Below are positions 51,682 to 61,675 of a stretch of 64,000 bases of DNA, piece by piece. A program made the translations under genes and the position numbers. Under the pieces are notes generated by a model. The model saw nothing but the letters and a program-made list of their open reading frames with translations, ran no database searches and was not told the DNA's origin. The stretch covers positions 183,393 to 247,392 of the forward strand of contig CAVYRJ010000001.1 in NCBI GenBank assembly GCA_963770935.1, written 5' to 3'. Positions within the stretch are counted from its first letter, which is position 1. The number at the start of each line of letters is the position of its first letter. This DNA comes from Candidatus Bathyarchaeota archaeon (lineage in GTDB: Archaea > Thermoproteota > Bathyarchaeia > Bathyarchaeales > Bathycorpusculaceae).

Positions 51682-52339
51682 AGTACTTCCGCTTCGCGCC
51701 TCTACCAAATAGTAAAAGGGGTTATAAACATTGCCATTAAAAACGCAAATGCGAGCGCAACCTCTAAAAAATAAAATAGCAACTTTTAGTTGCTTGAGTT
51801 TGTTAAAGTTTTCTTATGTTACTTATCGTTTGAAATGGATAAAGATTTCTGCTCTAATAGAATATTTTTTCTTGTTTTGCTTGGGTTGTCCTCAATCCGC
51901 TACATCTCGGGTTGTATTTTGGGATTTCAGGATAATGGGGATAAAATCGCATTTCTTTGGAGCTAACCGCTATATTTTGTGTTTGCTTCTGAAAGATAAC
52001 ACTGTCGTCCAAAAATGCTGCCTCATCATCATTATCATCATCATCTCTGATACCTTGCGTTAGTCTTGATCCTTTTAGTATCCTGGTTACGTAGAGGATG
52101 TTACTGCTAATTTGAAATTGAAGTGCTAGTAAATCATTTGGAGAAGTCTTGATTTCAATTTTCTATATGAGAGGTTAGGTTGGGCTAGTTGGACGTTTCA
52201 TGTTAAAGAAAGTAGGTTATGGTGAACGGATGAGGTTTCGGAGATTAGCTTTTTTTCGGCGCTGTCAAGAAAACAGAACTAAATTATATTGTATCCAGTG
52301 AAAACTCTTTTAGCCACAACTGCAAATGTTTAGGCTGGA

Positions 52340-52463
52340 GCCGGGGTGGCGGAGTGGTTATCGCGCCAGCCTCGAGAATCATAGAAAAGAGGGCAAGAGC
52401 CGAAAGGCAAGATAGCTGGTGGGCTTCGTGCTCGCAGGGGTTCGAATCCCTTCCCCGGCGCCA
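52340..52463 (+). tRNA. tRNA-Ser(CGA) with 37-nt intron at 37/38 (52377-52413)
   Basis: GCCGGGG acceptor, CCAGC-CTCGAG|intron|A-GCTGG, long variable arm, GGTTCGAATCC, CCA. Confidence 0.92.
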
Positions 52464-52575
52464 ATACTCTTCCATTTTTTGGATTAAGTTTGGATAATCG
52501 CTTCCTGTCTGTCGTGCTACGTCTAATGCAGAACTGTCTTGATTGGACAAAGACAGCCCCTTGTAGAATGTACCA

Positions 52576-53076
52576 TTAGCAGCTGAGAACTAGTGCTCTC
52601 AGAGGCGATTGCAGAGTTTCGCCGGTATCACCGCCGCCACAGGCAAGAATCACGGTGTAAATTCCCCCAAGATCACTAACTCTGTTAATATAATTCACTA
52701 CAGCAGTTCCAGCGGCTCCACCGTACACTGGGTATGCCAATGTCAGCAGCGTGTACTTCGAAAGATCAACTGGTGCTTTTGGACTAGCAGACATTATTTC
52801 TACACGCCAACCGCTCGAAACAAGACCATTTGCAAAGGCATAAGAAGCATCCTTAGGAAAACTACTGAACCCAGGCTGATACACAACTAACGCAGTCTTA
52901 TTTCCACCGTCATTAAGTACGTCGATTTCGCTAACAATCTCTCTGCTGAGTATCCCAGACATCAGCAAACCTGCGAACGCCGCAAAAGCGACAAAAGCTA
53001 CAATAATGATTAAGACAAGCAACAAAACCATTTTTTTCCATAACTTCTGTGGCCAAAACTTCAATTGAACAACCAA
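52576..53076 (-). CDS. Membrane-anchored flavodoxin-like protein, probably C-terminally truncated
   Basis: TM helix, ALVVYQPG, YTLLTLAYPVYGG flavodoxin-like motifs. Confidence 0.65.
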   Translation of the reverse strand: MVVQLKFWPQKLWKKMVLLLVLIIIVAFVAFAAFAGLLMSGILSREIVSEIDVLNDGGNKTALVVYQPGFSSFPKDASYAFANGLVSSGWRVEIMSASPKAPVDLSKYTLLTLAYPVYGGAAGTAVVNYINRVSDLGGIYTVILACGGGDTGETLQSPLRALVLSC

Positions 53077-53156
53077 AATTAACTCTATTTGCTTTTGTTA
53101 TAAAATTTGAGTCTGTAAAAACTGGTAACCCCAGAAACATAAGATTGGTTTGTAGA

Positions 53157-53195
53157 CTTCGTGCTCGCAGACGACCGAATACCTTCCACCGGCGC
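53157..53195 (+). repeat. Degenerate copy of tRNA-Ser 3' end (old att site)
   Basis: CTTCGTGCTCGCAG (14 nt exact) + ACGACCGAATACCTTCCACCGGCGC versus GGGTTCGAATCCCTTCCCCGGCGC in the tRNA. Confidence 0.8.
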
Positions 53196-53508
53196 GCAAC
53201 GTACTTATGTTACACCTATCGTGGCGGTCTATTGAGTTTGAAAAATACTTTTCCGTAGTCACAAGTGCATTGAAAGCTTCCTTCTGAGTATTTTGACATA
53301 TCTCAAACGCATAAAGAACTTTATCAGATGCAATCTTGGTCGGTTTTTTCTTGGTTTTTGTCTTGTTGTGCGTGATTGTTGTAACTGGCTGGGATTGATT
53401 TTGGTTTAATGATATTTAGGGAAAAGATAGTGTCTTTCCCAATAACCTTTTAAATGGTAGATGGTTTTTAGTGGACTGAGAAGGGAGGTTATCTGTTTAG
53501 CTTATAGC

Positions 53509-55072
53509 ATGGGTAACTGGAAACTAGCAGTTATTTTCTTAACATGCGTCCTAGTCGCTGGAGTTATTCTTCCTCTTCTATCTAGTCAAGCCAATAACTC
53601 TGCTACTCTATCTGTATTGTCAGAAAGAAATTTAGAGTATAGCCCAGAGACGGACATTCCAATAAATCAAGAAAGTCTTAACTCATCAAGTAGCAATCTA
53701 TCTACTGCTCTACCTACGCCAGCTCCGATACCTACCGTAACGTTTACAATAACACCAACCCCGCTGAATTTAGTAACTGCAGAGTCACCTCCGGCTAATT
53801 ATAATTCAAATGAAGTTTTTGCTAGTCCCTCGCCAATCCCTATGCCGTCGGATAATAGTCGAGAACTTAAGGCATCAATTGATGCTTTGGGAAAAATGGG
53901 AGGAGAAATTGTTCTTCAATCCGACCTTTTCCTTTCAGATATTGATGTTTCAGTTCCTAGCAATATTGTTTTGCGGGGTGTAGATTCAAGTGTGACCTTG
54001 CATTTGATTTCTAAGCGGTTAAATGTTGCAGTTAATGCATCAAATGTGATTATCAAGAATTTGACCATTGATGCTTCAGATTTGGGGGATCGAAATCTTT
54101 TCGCAATTTATTCGGGATCGAGGAATGTCACGCTCACCGATATAACGTTCCAAAACCATTTTTCAAATAAGACTGCAATTGTTAGCTTAGGTTCTAATGT
54201 TACTTTGAGCAATCTAGTTTTTAGTAATTTAACTGTAGCGTATCCCATTCAAGTGGCAGGTTCTTATTCTATCATTAAGAACTGCAGTTCTAGTGATCCG
54301 TCAACTTATGGTCTTATAACAATGGGAGGGGGGATTTCTAATGTTAAAATTGAGCAATGTGTAGCTGAGAATCGGCCGTTATTTAATGGCGGTTACACTC
54401 CAGTTTCCTCTAGTGATCTTTGGATTGTTAACAATACTTTAATTAATTTTCCTAAATGGACTTATGGTATTCTTATTGAAGGCGGAGCGGGTAATTCTAC
54501 TCAGGCTCCTTATGATAGAGTTTATGTTTTAGGTAATAAGATCGTGTCTGGTGTTTTGACTTATAATGCAATTGCCATTTATGGGTTATCTAGGAATGTT
54601 CTCGTAGCTAATAATACAGTTGATCAACAGTTGTCTAAGCATAATGCTATTGGGATTTCTTCAGGGGTTAATGTCACAGTTACTCAGAATACTGTTTATG
54701 GATGCATTGAGAACACAGAAGGGGGCATTGAAGTAGAAAGTAATCCTGTTCATAATCGATTGATTGGAATAAGTGAGAATGTAACAGTAACTAAGAATCT
54801 TGTTTTTAATTCTACTTGGGGTATCTACGTTAGAATTATGGTGCCTAACCATGAAAATTGGGCGGGCAATCCATTGCCTTCCAAAAATATTCTAAGTAGA
54901 GGGAAATATGGTGTACAATTGTTCAGTTGGGATCAATTTACTTCACGGCGATACCATTGTAGTCAAGGATAATGTTATCGATAATAACACCTTACCTTTT
55001 GCTGTAAATAAGTCAACTGTTTTTAATTATCGTCTAAATGGGAACATAGGTTGGAGTGATTATCCGCCTTGA
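53509..55072 (+). CDS. Secreted/anchored right-handed parallel beta-helix protein; +1 frameshift near 54895
   Basis: N-terminal TM, Pro/Thr linker, N-V-x-I-x-N repeats; alternative frame VEGNMVYNCSVGINL...GNIGW to TGA 55072. Confidence 0.78.
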
Positions 55073-55147
55073 ATTGTATAAAAAGGGAATTATTAGGTGA
55101 TTTTGGATAAACAACCAAAATGAATATTTGTAAGGGGCAAAGTAACC

Positions 55148-56572
55148 TTGCTAACTAAAAAAAATACGCTAAAATGTACGTTATCACCAACTGTGTTGGT
55201 AATCCTGTTCTTATCGTTCTGTGTAATTTCCTCAGCAATTCTATTAAATTCATCCTTAACGGATGTATCACGCCAACCAGACTATCAATCGAGGGCAAAC
55301 AGTTTAGCACCTGCAAACGACATAGTTGATTATGTTAATAACTTAAATTTACAACCCCTTAGTTATCGCATATATACTGATCAAGCGGGCAACGTTTATG
55401 CAAGAAATGAGGCAGACTTCACTATAGAGTATAATTCAACAGACGCAGATTACGTGTTCTCTTCGGTCTGTTCAAAAGGGGGAACAGTTCTTGTTAGTAA
55501 AGGTAACTATTATGGTACGTCATTGTACCTTACTAACCCTGCTGTACGGCTCATCGGCGAAGGAGAAGGATCAGTTCTATTGTTTACTGAAGGCATAAGT
55601 GTTACCAATACATCCGAGAGCTATCATCTAGAGATTAGCAACTTGCAACTTATTGGTACAGGATACCAAAATATTGGTTTAACACTAAACGGAGCATCCC
55701 GAATAGTAAGCTTTAACCTAATTATCCAAAACTATTATGCGGGAGTTTATATTCTATCAGCACCTAATGCAGCAACAATTTTCAACAATTTCTACAGCCT
55801 AATTAGCCACAACAATAATGTCGGAGTTTATATAAGACGCAACCCCGGAGATGACGTGCTCGCCCACAACACGTTCTTTGGAGGATCAATTGTTACAAAT
55901 CACCAATATGGAGTATTAATTGAAGGTTTAGTTACAAACGATGTATTTGAAGGGGTAGAAATTGAAAATAATTATCTTGCGCAAGTCAAACTTGAGACGT
56001 TAGATCCCGGAATGGTGCCAGAAGGCGAAACTTTTATTGAGTGCTACCTTGAACCACATTCTGAAAACCCAACAGCACCATTTATAGAATTTTCTTCAGA
56101 AACATCTACAAACATAATGCCATGGGGCAATATCTTTCGAGAAAATAAGTTTGCTTGTGTTGGGGACTCAACCTTGACCCTTCCCAAAGATACAATATTT
56201 ATTCATAATTACATTACCGGAGGTCCAGTAACCTTCACAATAATCGCAGCTGAGCCAGGATGTAATGTTGATGGAAACATCAATCCAACTGAAGCGGTGA
56301 ATGTTGTTTATGTGGGAACGGGTAATACTGGTCGTATTAAGCAAATTTCTGGAGTGACATTAACTAGTAGCAGTTCTTGGATAGATTTGGGAACTACTTT
56401 TCCAAGCGGACCAGTAATTAGTGTTTCAGTGACGGGAAACGATCAAGTTATTGATGCTTGGGCTTACCAAATAGAACCTTCAAGATTCTATTTAGTAATG
56501 ATTTATAGCAATGGACAAGAGGTCACAACTCCCGTATACGTAACATGGATAGCAACATTGAACCTCCCTTAA
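55148..56572 (+). CDS. Secreted/anchored pectin-lyase-like beta-helix protein with small C-terminal beta domain
   Basis: GGTVLVSKGNY, LIGEG, Asn-rich repeats, VTWIA C-terminus. Confidence 0.78.
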   Translation: MLTKKNTLKCTLSPTVLVILFLSFCVISSAILLNSSLTDVSRQPDYQSRANSLAPANDIVDYVNNLNLQPLSYRIYTDQAGNVYARNEADFTIEYNSTDADYVFSSVCSKGGTVLVSKGNYYGTSLYLTNPAVRLIGEGEGSVLLFTEGISVTNTSESYHLEISNLQLIGTGYQNIGLTLNGASRIVSFNLIIQNYYAGVYILSAPNAATIFNNFYSLISHNNNVGVYIRRNPGDDVLAHNTFFGGSIVTNHQYGVLIEGLVTNDVFEGVEIENNYLAQVKLETLDPGMVPEGETFIECYLEPHSENPTAPFIEFSSETSTNIMPWGNIFRENKFACVGDSTLTLPKDTIFIHNYITGGPVTFTIIAAEPGCNVDGNINPTEAVNVVYVGTGNTGRIKQISGVTLTSSSSWIDLGTTFPSGPVISVSVTGNDQVIDAWAYQIEPSRFYLVMIYSNGQEVTTPVYVTWIATLNLP

Positions 56573-56970
56573 CCAGCATCTTTGCTCCCATCCCACAATT
56601 AAGGTTAATTTCAAAAAATTTAGATTCCGCACAGTAGACTAATTCAAAAATGGAAAAAACCCGTATATTACTTGGAAACAGATGAAAAAAAGTTTTTTTG
56701 AAAGATTGTAGAGGGAAAAAGTTATTCTCTATTTTTATCTTAAAGATAAGACCTTAATCGGCTAGTTTCCGCAAGTTTGTCTTCTTCGGCTACTTTTACT
56801 TCGGCTGGTCTTAGACAATTAATTCGGTAACTCTTTTTGTCAACTGTTTATAAAAGCGGTCTTAGCGGCCTCTACATTTTTGAGCGCCACCCATTTCTCT
56901 GTGTAAGTTCCTTCCCCTAGCCTTTTTCTCAAGAATCTATGGATCGAGAGGTTATTTAGGTTAATTTTAT

Positions 56971-57189
56971 ATGCAATTCAAAGGATATTTTATCATTGAG
57001 CGAATATACAATATGGAAAAGATTGCTGAAGGCATCAGTGACTTTGGTGATTTTAAAGCTATTTTGTTTAGGACAACTAATGGCCGTCATTTTGTGCAGA
57101 TTGTGCCTTTTAAAAGCTCAGAAAAACCTCATGTTGAATGGCTTTCTGGGCATGACCATTTAGAATGGCTCAGACGTTTGGAGATATAG
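56971..57189 (+). CDS. Small hypothetical protein (likely start MEKIAEG)
   Basis: Short ORF with natural composition. Confidence 0.4.
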   Translation: MQFKGYFIIERIYNMEKIAEGISDFGDFKAILFRTTNGRHFVQIVPFKSSEKPHVEWLSGHDHLEWLRRLEI

Positions 57190-57264
57190 CAGATTGAACA
57201 CTCAAAGTCCAGCTGTTTAAGAAAAAGTAGCGGTTAAAACCCGCACTATTTCACTGAGTGATAG

Positions 57265-59118
57265 TTATTCCATCATGTAAGTAATGTCGTCCCATGGGTG
57301 TCTGTAGAGACCCTGCTTAAGACGCTTCTGATCCAGAAAATGTGCCGTCATGCCGATGGTTCTGCCTACTACAAACAACCCGTTTAACGCACCCATCTTG
57401 ACATATTCGTCTGCATCAGTTTTCGCCATCTCGTTTCGAAGCATGTCAACAAAGCAGATTCCGATGCAGCCGTCCACGTTCAAAATGAGGTTGTCTTTCT
57501 TGGCTGTGGTGAGCTTTTCCACTTCGAGGGCGAAGTTCAAGAGAGGGGTGGTTTTGAAGTTTCTTTTAGCATACTCCTTCATTATGGTTACCCGTTTGTC
57601 AGGATTAGTTACGCTCTTTATTAGGTGTCCAATTCCTTGAATGTTCTCACCCTTCTTCTTCATCTCTTCAATGAACTGAGTAGGGGTTAATCCTCTGTCG
57701 TAGGCGTCTGAGAACATCTGGGCTGCACCATCTATCGCTCCTCCAAACCTTGGACCGATAGTCAACATACCGCTTGCAACCGACGAAATCAGGTCTTTTC
57801 CTGCCCTTGCTGCAACTATGGCGTTATGGGCACCTGATACAGCAGGGCCATGGTCGGCAGTAACCATTATTGCCATCTCTATGAACTTTGTAGCATATGA
57901 TGGAAACTGACGTTTGAACCATAAGATGCTCAGTACCCCCCCTATTCCTATATCTTGTTTGAAAACTTCGGAAATAGGCATCTTGCCGTAGAGTAGTTCT
58001 TCTCCTCGATCGTCTGATATTGTACAGATAAAGTTAGATGGTTTTCGGATGAGTCCTTCTTTGAGCGCCTTTGCAAAATCTATTGGGATCTTCGGCACTG
58101 GAGGTTCTGGCTTTGGTTTAATGACGCCTTTCTTAACCAAGCCCTCGTAGGTCTCTCTTATCTTTTTATCATAGTCATCATACGAGTTGGGAACTATGGC
58201 GCCAGCATTTCTGAGAGCAGCGTTCTTTGCGTCAGCGGTTTCCACTTCGCAGCCGGCTTTTGCACCAGCGTGACCAAATTGAACTTCTGTTTTGAATGCC
58301 TTAGAGCATGTTCCAGTAACCCAAATTATCAACGGCTTGGTTATCTTGTTGTTTTTAAGTGCTTCAGCAATTTCATATTCGGCATTTCCGCCTACTTCGC
58401 CCAAGCACACAAGCATCTTGATTTCGGAAATTTGTTCAAACCTTAGAAGGTGGTCAAGCAATGTGGAGCCTGGGTAGGTGTCTCCGCCAATAGCTATGCC
58501 CTCGTATAAGCCGTCAGTGTTTCGAGCGATGATGTTGTATGCTTCGTTGCTTAAGCCTCCAGATTTAGATACAAATCCCACGGAACCCGGTCTGTGAAGT
58601 TTTGAGTCTATGATGTTTTCAATTGTTCCGCCTGCGTTGCCGATTTTAAAGCAGCCTGCTTTTATTCCTCCTACCGTCGCTGGTCCAATGATTATTTTTC
58701 CAAGGGTTTTAGCCTTGGCCGTGACCAATTTCATTCTCCTCTCAGGCACGCCCTCCGCGATTATTACGATAGTCCGTAACTGCGGTATGGTTAGCGCTTC
58801 CTCAGTGGAGGGTGCAGCTGATCTGAAGGATGCGAAGTTTATCATGACATCAACATTAGGATGCATCTTCGCTGCTTTCTCAATATTCTTGTAAATGGGA
58901 ATCAAAATCTCACTTTTTCCAAAGAAAAACTTTGAGAAGCTGTCAGCGCCAGTAGGGTTGATTATTGCCGCAACTGACGGTGTTTTGCGACCCGACGCAT
59001 AATCGAAGTCAAGCATTCGCTGTGTCGCGTTAACTTGGTTATTGTAAATGAATGACTGAGTATTGCAATTAAATAGTTCACTTGGGGAAATCATCTTGGT
59101 TGGCTGTTTCTTAACCAT
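57265..59118 (-). CDS. aclA: ATP citrate lyase alpha subunit
   Basis: NFASFRSA, GPATVGG, QFGHAGA (phospho-His), DHGPAVSGAHN, GPRFGGA and LNVDG motifs. Confidence 0.96.
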   Translation of the reverse strand: MVKKQPTKMISPSELFNCNTQSFIYNNQVNATQRMLDFDYASGRKTPSVAAIINPTGADSFSKFFFGKSEILIPIYKNIEKAAKMHPNVDVMINFASFRSAAPSTEEALTIPQLRTIVIIAEGVPERRMKLVTAKAKTLGKIIIGPATVGGIKAGCFKIGNAGGTIENIIDSKLHRPGSVGFVSKSGGLSNEAYNIIARNTDGLYEGIAIGGDTYPGSTLLDHLLRFEQISEIKMLVCLGEVGGNAEYEIAEALKNNKITKPLIIWVTGTCSKAFKTEVQFGHAGAKAGCEVETADAKNAALRNAGAIVPNSYDDYDKKIRETYEGLVKKGVIKPKPEPPVPKIPIDFAKALKEGLIRKPSNFICTISDDRGEELLYGKMPISEVFKQDIGIGGVLSILWFKRQFPSYATKFIEMAIMVTADHGPAVSGAHNAIVAARAGKDLISSVASGMLTIGPRFGGAIDGAAQMFSDAYDRGLTPTQFIEEMKKKGENIQGIGHLIKSVTNPDKRVTIMKEYAKRNFKTTPLLNFALEVEKLTTAKKDNLILNVDGCIGICFVDMLRNEMAKTDADEYVKMGALNGLFVVGRTIGMTAHFLDQKRLKQGLYRHPWDDITYMME

Positions 59119-59119
59119 A

Positions 59120-60433
59120 TTATTTTCCTCCTTTCAGAGCCATGGAAACAATCGTAGTCATGTGAGTTTCTGGTCCATAAACTTCAATCGGCAAGCCCAG
59201 CTTCTCACCTAATGCCCGCATCTGAGACAGACCTTCCCTGTAATTTGGTCCGCCTCTGCGAACGAATATCTTAACTTTGTTCTCTTGAAGCTTATTCTTG
59301 AACTCATTAAGTGCCTTGATTATACCCTTGAAAGTGTTGGCCACATCAGTGAAGTTCGCTATGCCACCGCCTATGAGCAGAAACTTGCCTTTAGGGTGCG
59401 CCTTCCGAGTCATGACGTCAAGGATCGTTTTGGCATAAAGATACGTAAACTCCTCGCTTGGATCTCCTGAATATTCGCCGTAATTAGCCAGTTCATGCAT
59501 GTAACCAAGGTCAGTGATTGTATCCGCGTAAATGACTGAGGCACCGCCGCCTGCCACCATTGTCCAGACTCTTCCTTCAGGGTTAAGGATGGTGAGTTTA
59601 AGAGAAGCCCCCGTCTGAGAGTCTAATTCCTCAACGTAAGCCTCTTCTTTGGTGAGTGCTCGACCGAAAGGCGCCGGAAACTCAATGTTACCCCATTTGC
59701 TTCCACTCTCGAACTCTGCTGTGCTATCGAGCTTTGCTGCAAGATCCAAAGGAATTACTAAGTCCTTGGTTACTGCAATCGGGTTTATTTCTAGGTATGT
59801 GTAGTTTAAGTCTGCGTAGAATTTGAACAAAGCCTCGATGAAGCCGCCGAGGCGTTTCTTTCGGTCAACGGTTACTTTTCCAAGAAGTTTTTTCTCTATC
59901 TCCGTCGAAGTTGGAAAAGTACCTATTGGTACTTCCAAGCGTGTAGCTTTAGAGTCTACATCCCCGACATTTACTCCTCCTTCATGGTAAAACATGATTG
60001 TATCGCCGTCTTTGGTTGACATTATTGCAAGGTAGCATTCGTCAGAGTCTTTGTGCGCTATCATTGGTTCGATGATAAAGTGTGTTAGTTGCCCAATTGT
60101 TCCTTTATCTTCGGGTTTACCGTCAGCGTCGAATTTCCCATGGATGATTATTGGCTCGTTTGTCTTCTCTTTTATCCATTCTTTAACTTGGTCATAATTT
60201 GCGCCGACAAGGATAAGTTTGTTCTTTCCTCTGCGTTTTATCAGTTGGTCGGGTTTAACTACTAATTTTTCAGTGGTTAGCCATTTGTTTTTAACAGGTA
60301 GCTTGGTCATGTCGGTGTTTGGTCCAACGGTGACAATTTTATCTGAGATTTCATACTTTCCGTCGGAGTAGTCTTTGAATAGACGGGCAAGCATACATTT
60401 GCCGTCAGCTTCCCTAATCGCTTTATGCGCCAT
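59120..60433 (-). CDS. aclB: ATP citrate lyase beta subunit (ATP-grasp)
   Basis: KPDQLIKRRGK, YLEINP, AGGGASV, NYGEYSG, GGIANFT and RRGGPNY motifs. Confidence 0.96.
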   Translation of the reverse strand: MAHKAIREADGKCMLARLFKDYSDGKYEISDKIVTVGPNTDMTKLPVKNKWLTTEKLVVKPDQLIKRRGKNKLILVGANYDQVKEWIKEKTNEPIIIHGKFDADGKPEDKGTIGQLTHFIIEPMIAHKDSDECYLAIMSTKDGDTIMFYHEGGVNVGDVDSKATRLEVPIGTFPTSTEIEKKLLGKVTVDRKKRLGGFIEALFKFYADLNYTYLEINPIAVTKDLVIPLDLAAKLDSTAEFESGSKWGNIEFPAPFGRALTKEEAYVEELDSQTGASLKLTILNPEGRVWTMVAGGGASVIYADTITDLGYMHELANYGEYSGDPSEEFTYLYAKTILDVMTRKAHPKGKFLLIGGGIANFTDVANTFKGIIKALNEFKNKLQENKVKIFVRRGGPNYREGLSQMRALGEKLGLPIEVYGPETHMTTIVSMALKGGK

Positions 60434-60444
60434 TTTTTTGTCCT

Positions 60445-61662
60445 CTAATCAAACTTTTTCTTAAGTTTTTCTGCCACTTCAGCAATGAATTCGTCCGTTG
60501 ATACATTATGGTTATTTGGATTCTGCACAGCGACAACAATCAAATCACCAGTCATGATGCCATCCTCGACTGTTTCAAGAGCTGCCTCTTCGAGCTTTTT
60601 GGCGAATTCTACTACGTCTGGTGTCTGATCAAGCTCACCTCTCTTTTTAAGACAGCCTGTCCAAGCAAATATTAGAGCCATGGAGTTGCTTGAGGTTTTT
60701 TCACCCTTCATGTACTTGTAATAATGTTTCTGGACGGTGCCATGCGAAGCTTCAAACTCGTAATATCCTTGCGGACTTACAAGGACTGAAGTCATCATCG
60801 CTAGGCTACCATAAGCTGAGCCTAACATGTCGCTCATTACATCGCCATCGTAGTTTTTACATGCCCACAGCATGCCTCCCTCAGTCTTCATTATTCTAGC
60901 AACGGCGTCATCGATTAAGGTGAAGAAGTACTTGAGTCCGGATTCCTCGAATTTTGACTTCCAATTTTTCTGGTATTCTTCTTCGAATATCTTGCGGAAC
61001 TGAGCATCGTAGGTTTTGGAAATCGTGTCTTTGGCACCAAACCACAAGTGGAGTTTCATATCGTAGGCATAAGTGAAGCATGCCTTAGCGAAGCTGGATA
61101 TTGATTTGTCGGTGTTGTGTATGCCCTGGATAATGCCGGGACCTTTGAAATCTTGGATAGTTCCTCGCCACAACTCCTTACCTGTGCTGTTGGTGAAGAC
61201 TATCTCTGCTTTTCCAGCCTCTGGGACTCTGAATTCACAGTTCTTATAGACATCCCCGTAGGCGTGTCTTCCAATGTGGATAGGTTTCTTCCAAGAACTG
61301 ACAGCAGGGGGAATGTTCTTGACAAGAATAGGTGCCCTAAAGACTGTACCATCCAGCGCCGCTCTTATCGTGCCGTTTGGGCTTGCCCATTCCTGTTTCA
61401 AGCTGTATTCTTTTACTCGGTCCTTGTTAGGGGTGATAGTGGCGCATTTCACACCCACACCATATTTCTTAATAGCTTCTGCAGCCTCAAGGGTTATTTT
61501 GTCATCAGTCTCGTCTCTTTTTTTAAGTTGGAGATCGTAATATGCAACATTCATATCCAAATAGGGCAAAAGGAGTTTCTCTTTAACCATCTGCCACATT
61601 ACCCGGGTCATTTCGTCTCCATCTATCTCAACAATTGTATTCTTAACTTTGATTTTGTTCAA
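60445..61662 (-). CDS. icd: NADP-dependent isocitrate dehydrogenase
   Basis: [30 protein letters not shown] and EASHGTV motifs. Confidence 0.96.
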   Translation of the reverse strand: MNKIKVKNTIVEIDGDEMTRVMWQMVKEKLLLPYLDMNVAYYDLQLKKRDETDDKITLEAAEAIKKYGVGVKCATITPNKDRVKEYSLKQEWASPNGTIRAALDGTVFRAPILVKNIPPAVSSWKKPIHIGRHAYGDVYKNCEFRVPEAGKAEIVFTNSTGKELWRGTIQDFKGPGIIQGIHNTDKSISSFAKACFTYAYDMKLHLWFGAKDTISKTYDAQFRKIFEEEYQKNWKSKFEESGLKYFFTLIDDAVARIMKTEGGMLWACKNYDGDVMSDMLGSAYGSLAMMTSVLVSPQGYYEFEASHGTVQKHYYKYMKGEKTSSNSMALIFAWTGCLKKRGELDQTPDVVEFAKKLEEAALETVEDGIMTGDLIVVAVQNPNNHNVSTDEFIAEVAEKLKKKFD

Positions 61663-61675
61663 TCAAATTCCTCCG

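Noticed and set aside
51731-52140. Plus ORF 51731-52063 and the (CAT)n microsatellite near 52024
   Set aside because: No recognisable product; the minus-strand poly-Asp frame has no start codon
57265-60433. Proof of autotrophic rTCA cycle
   Set aside because: aclAB alone is insufficient; other key enzymes are absent from the window
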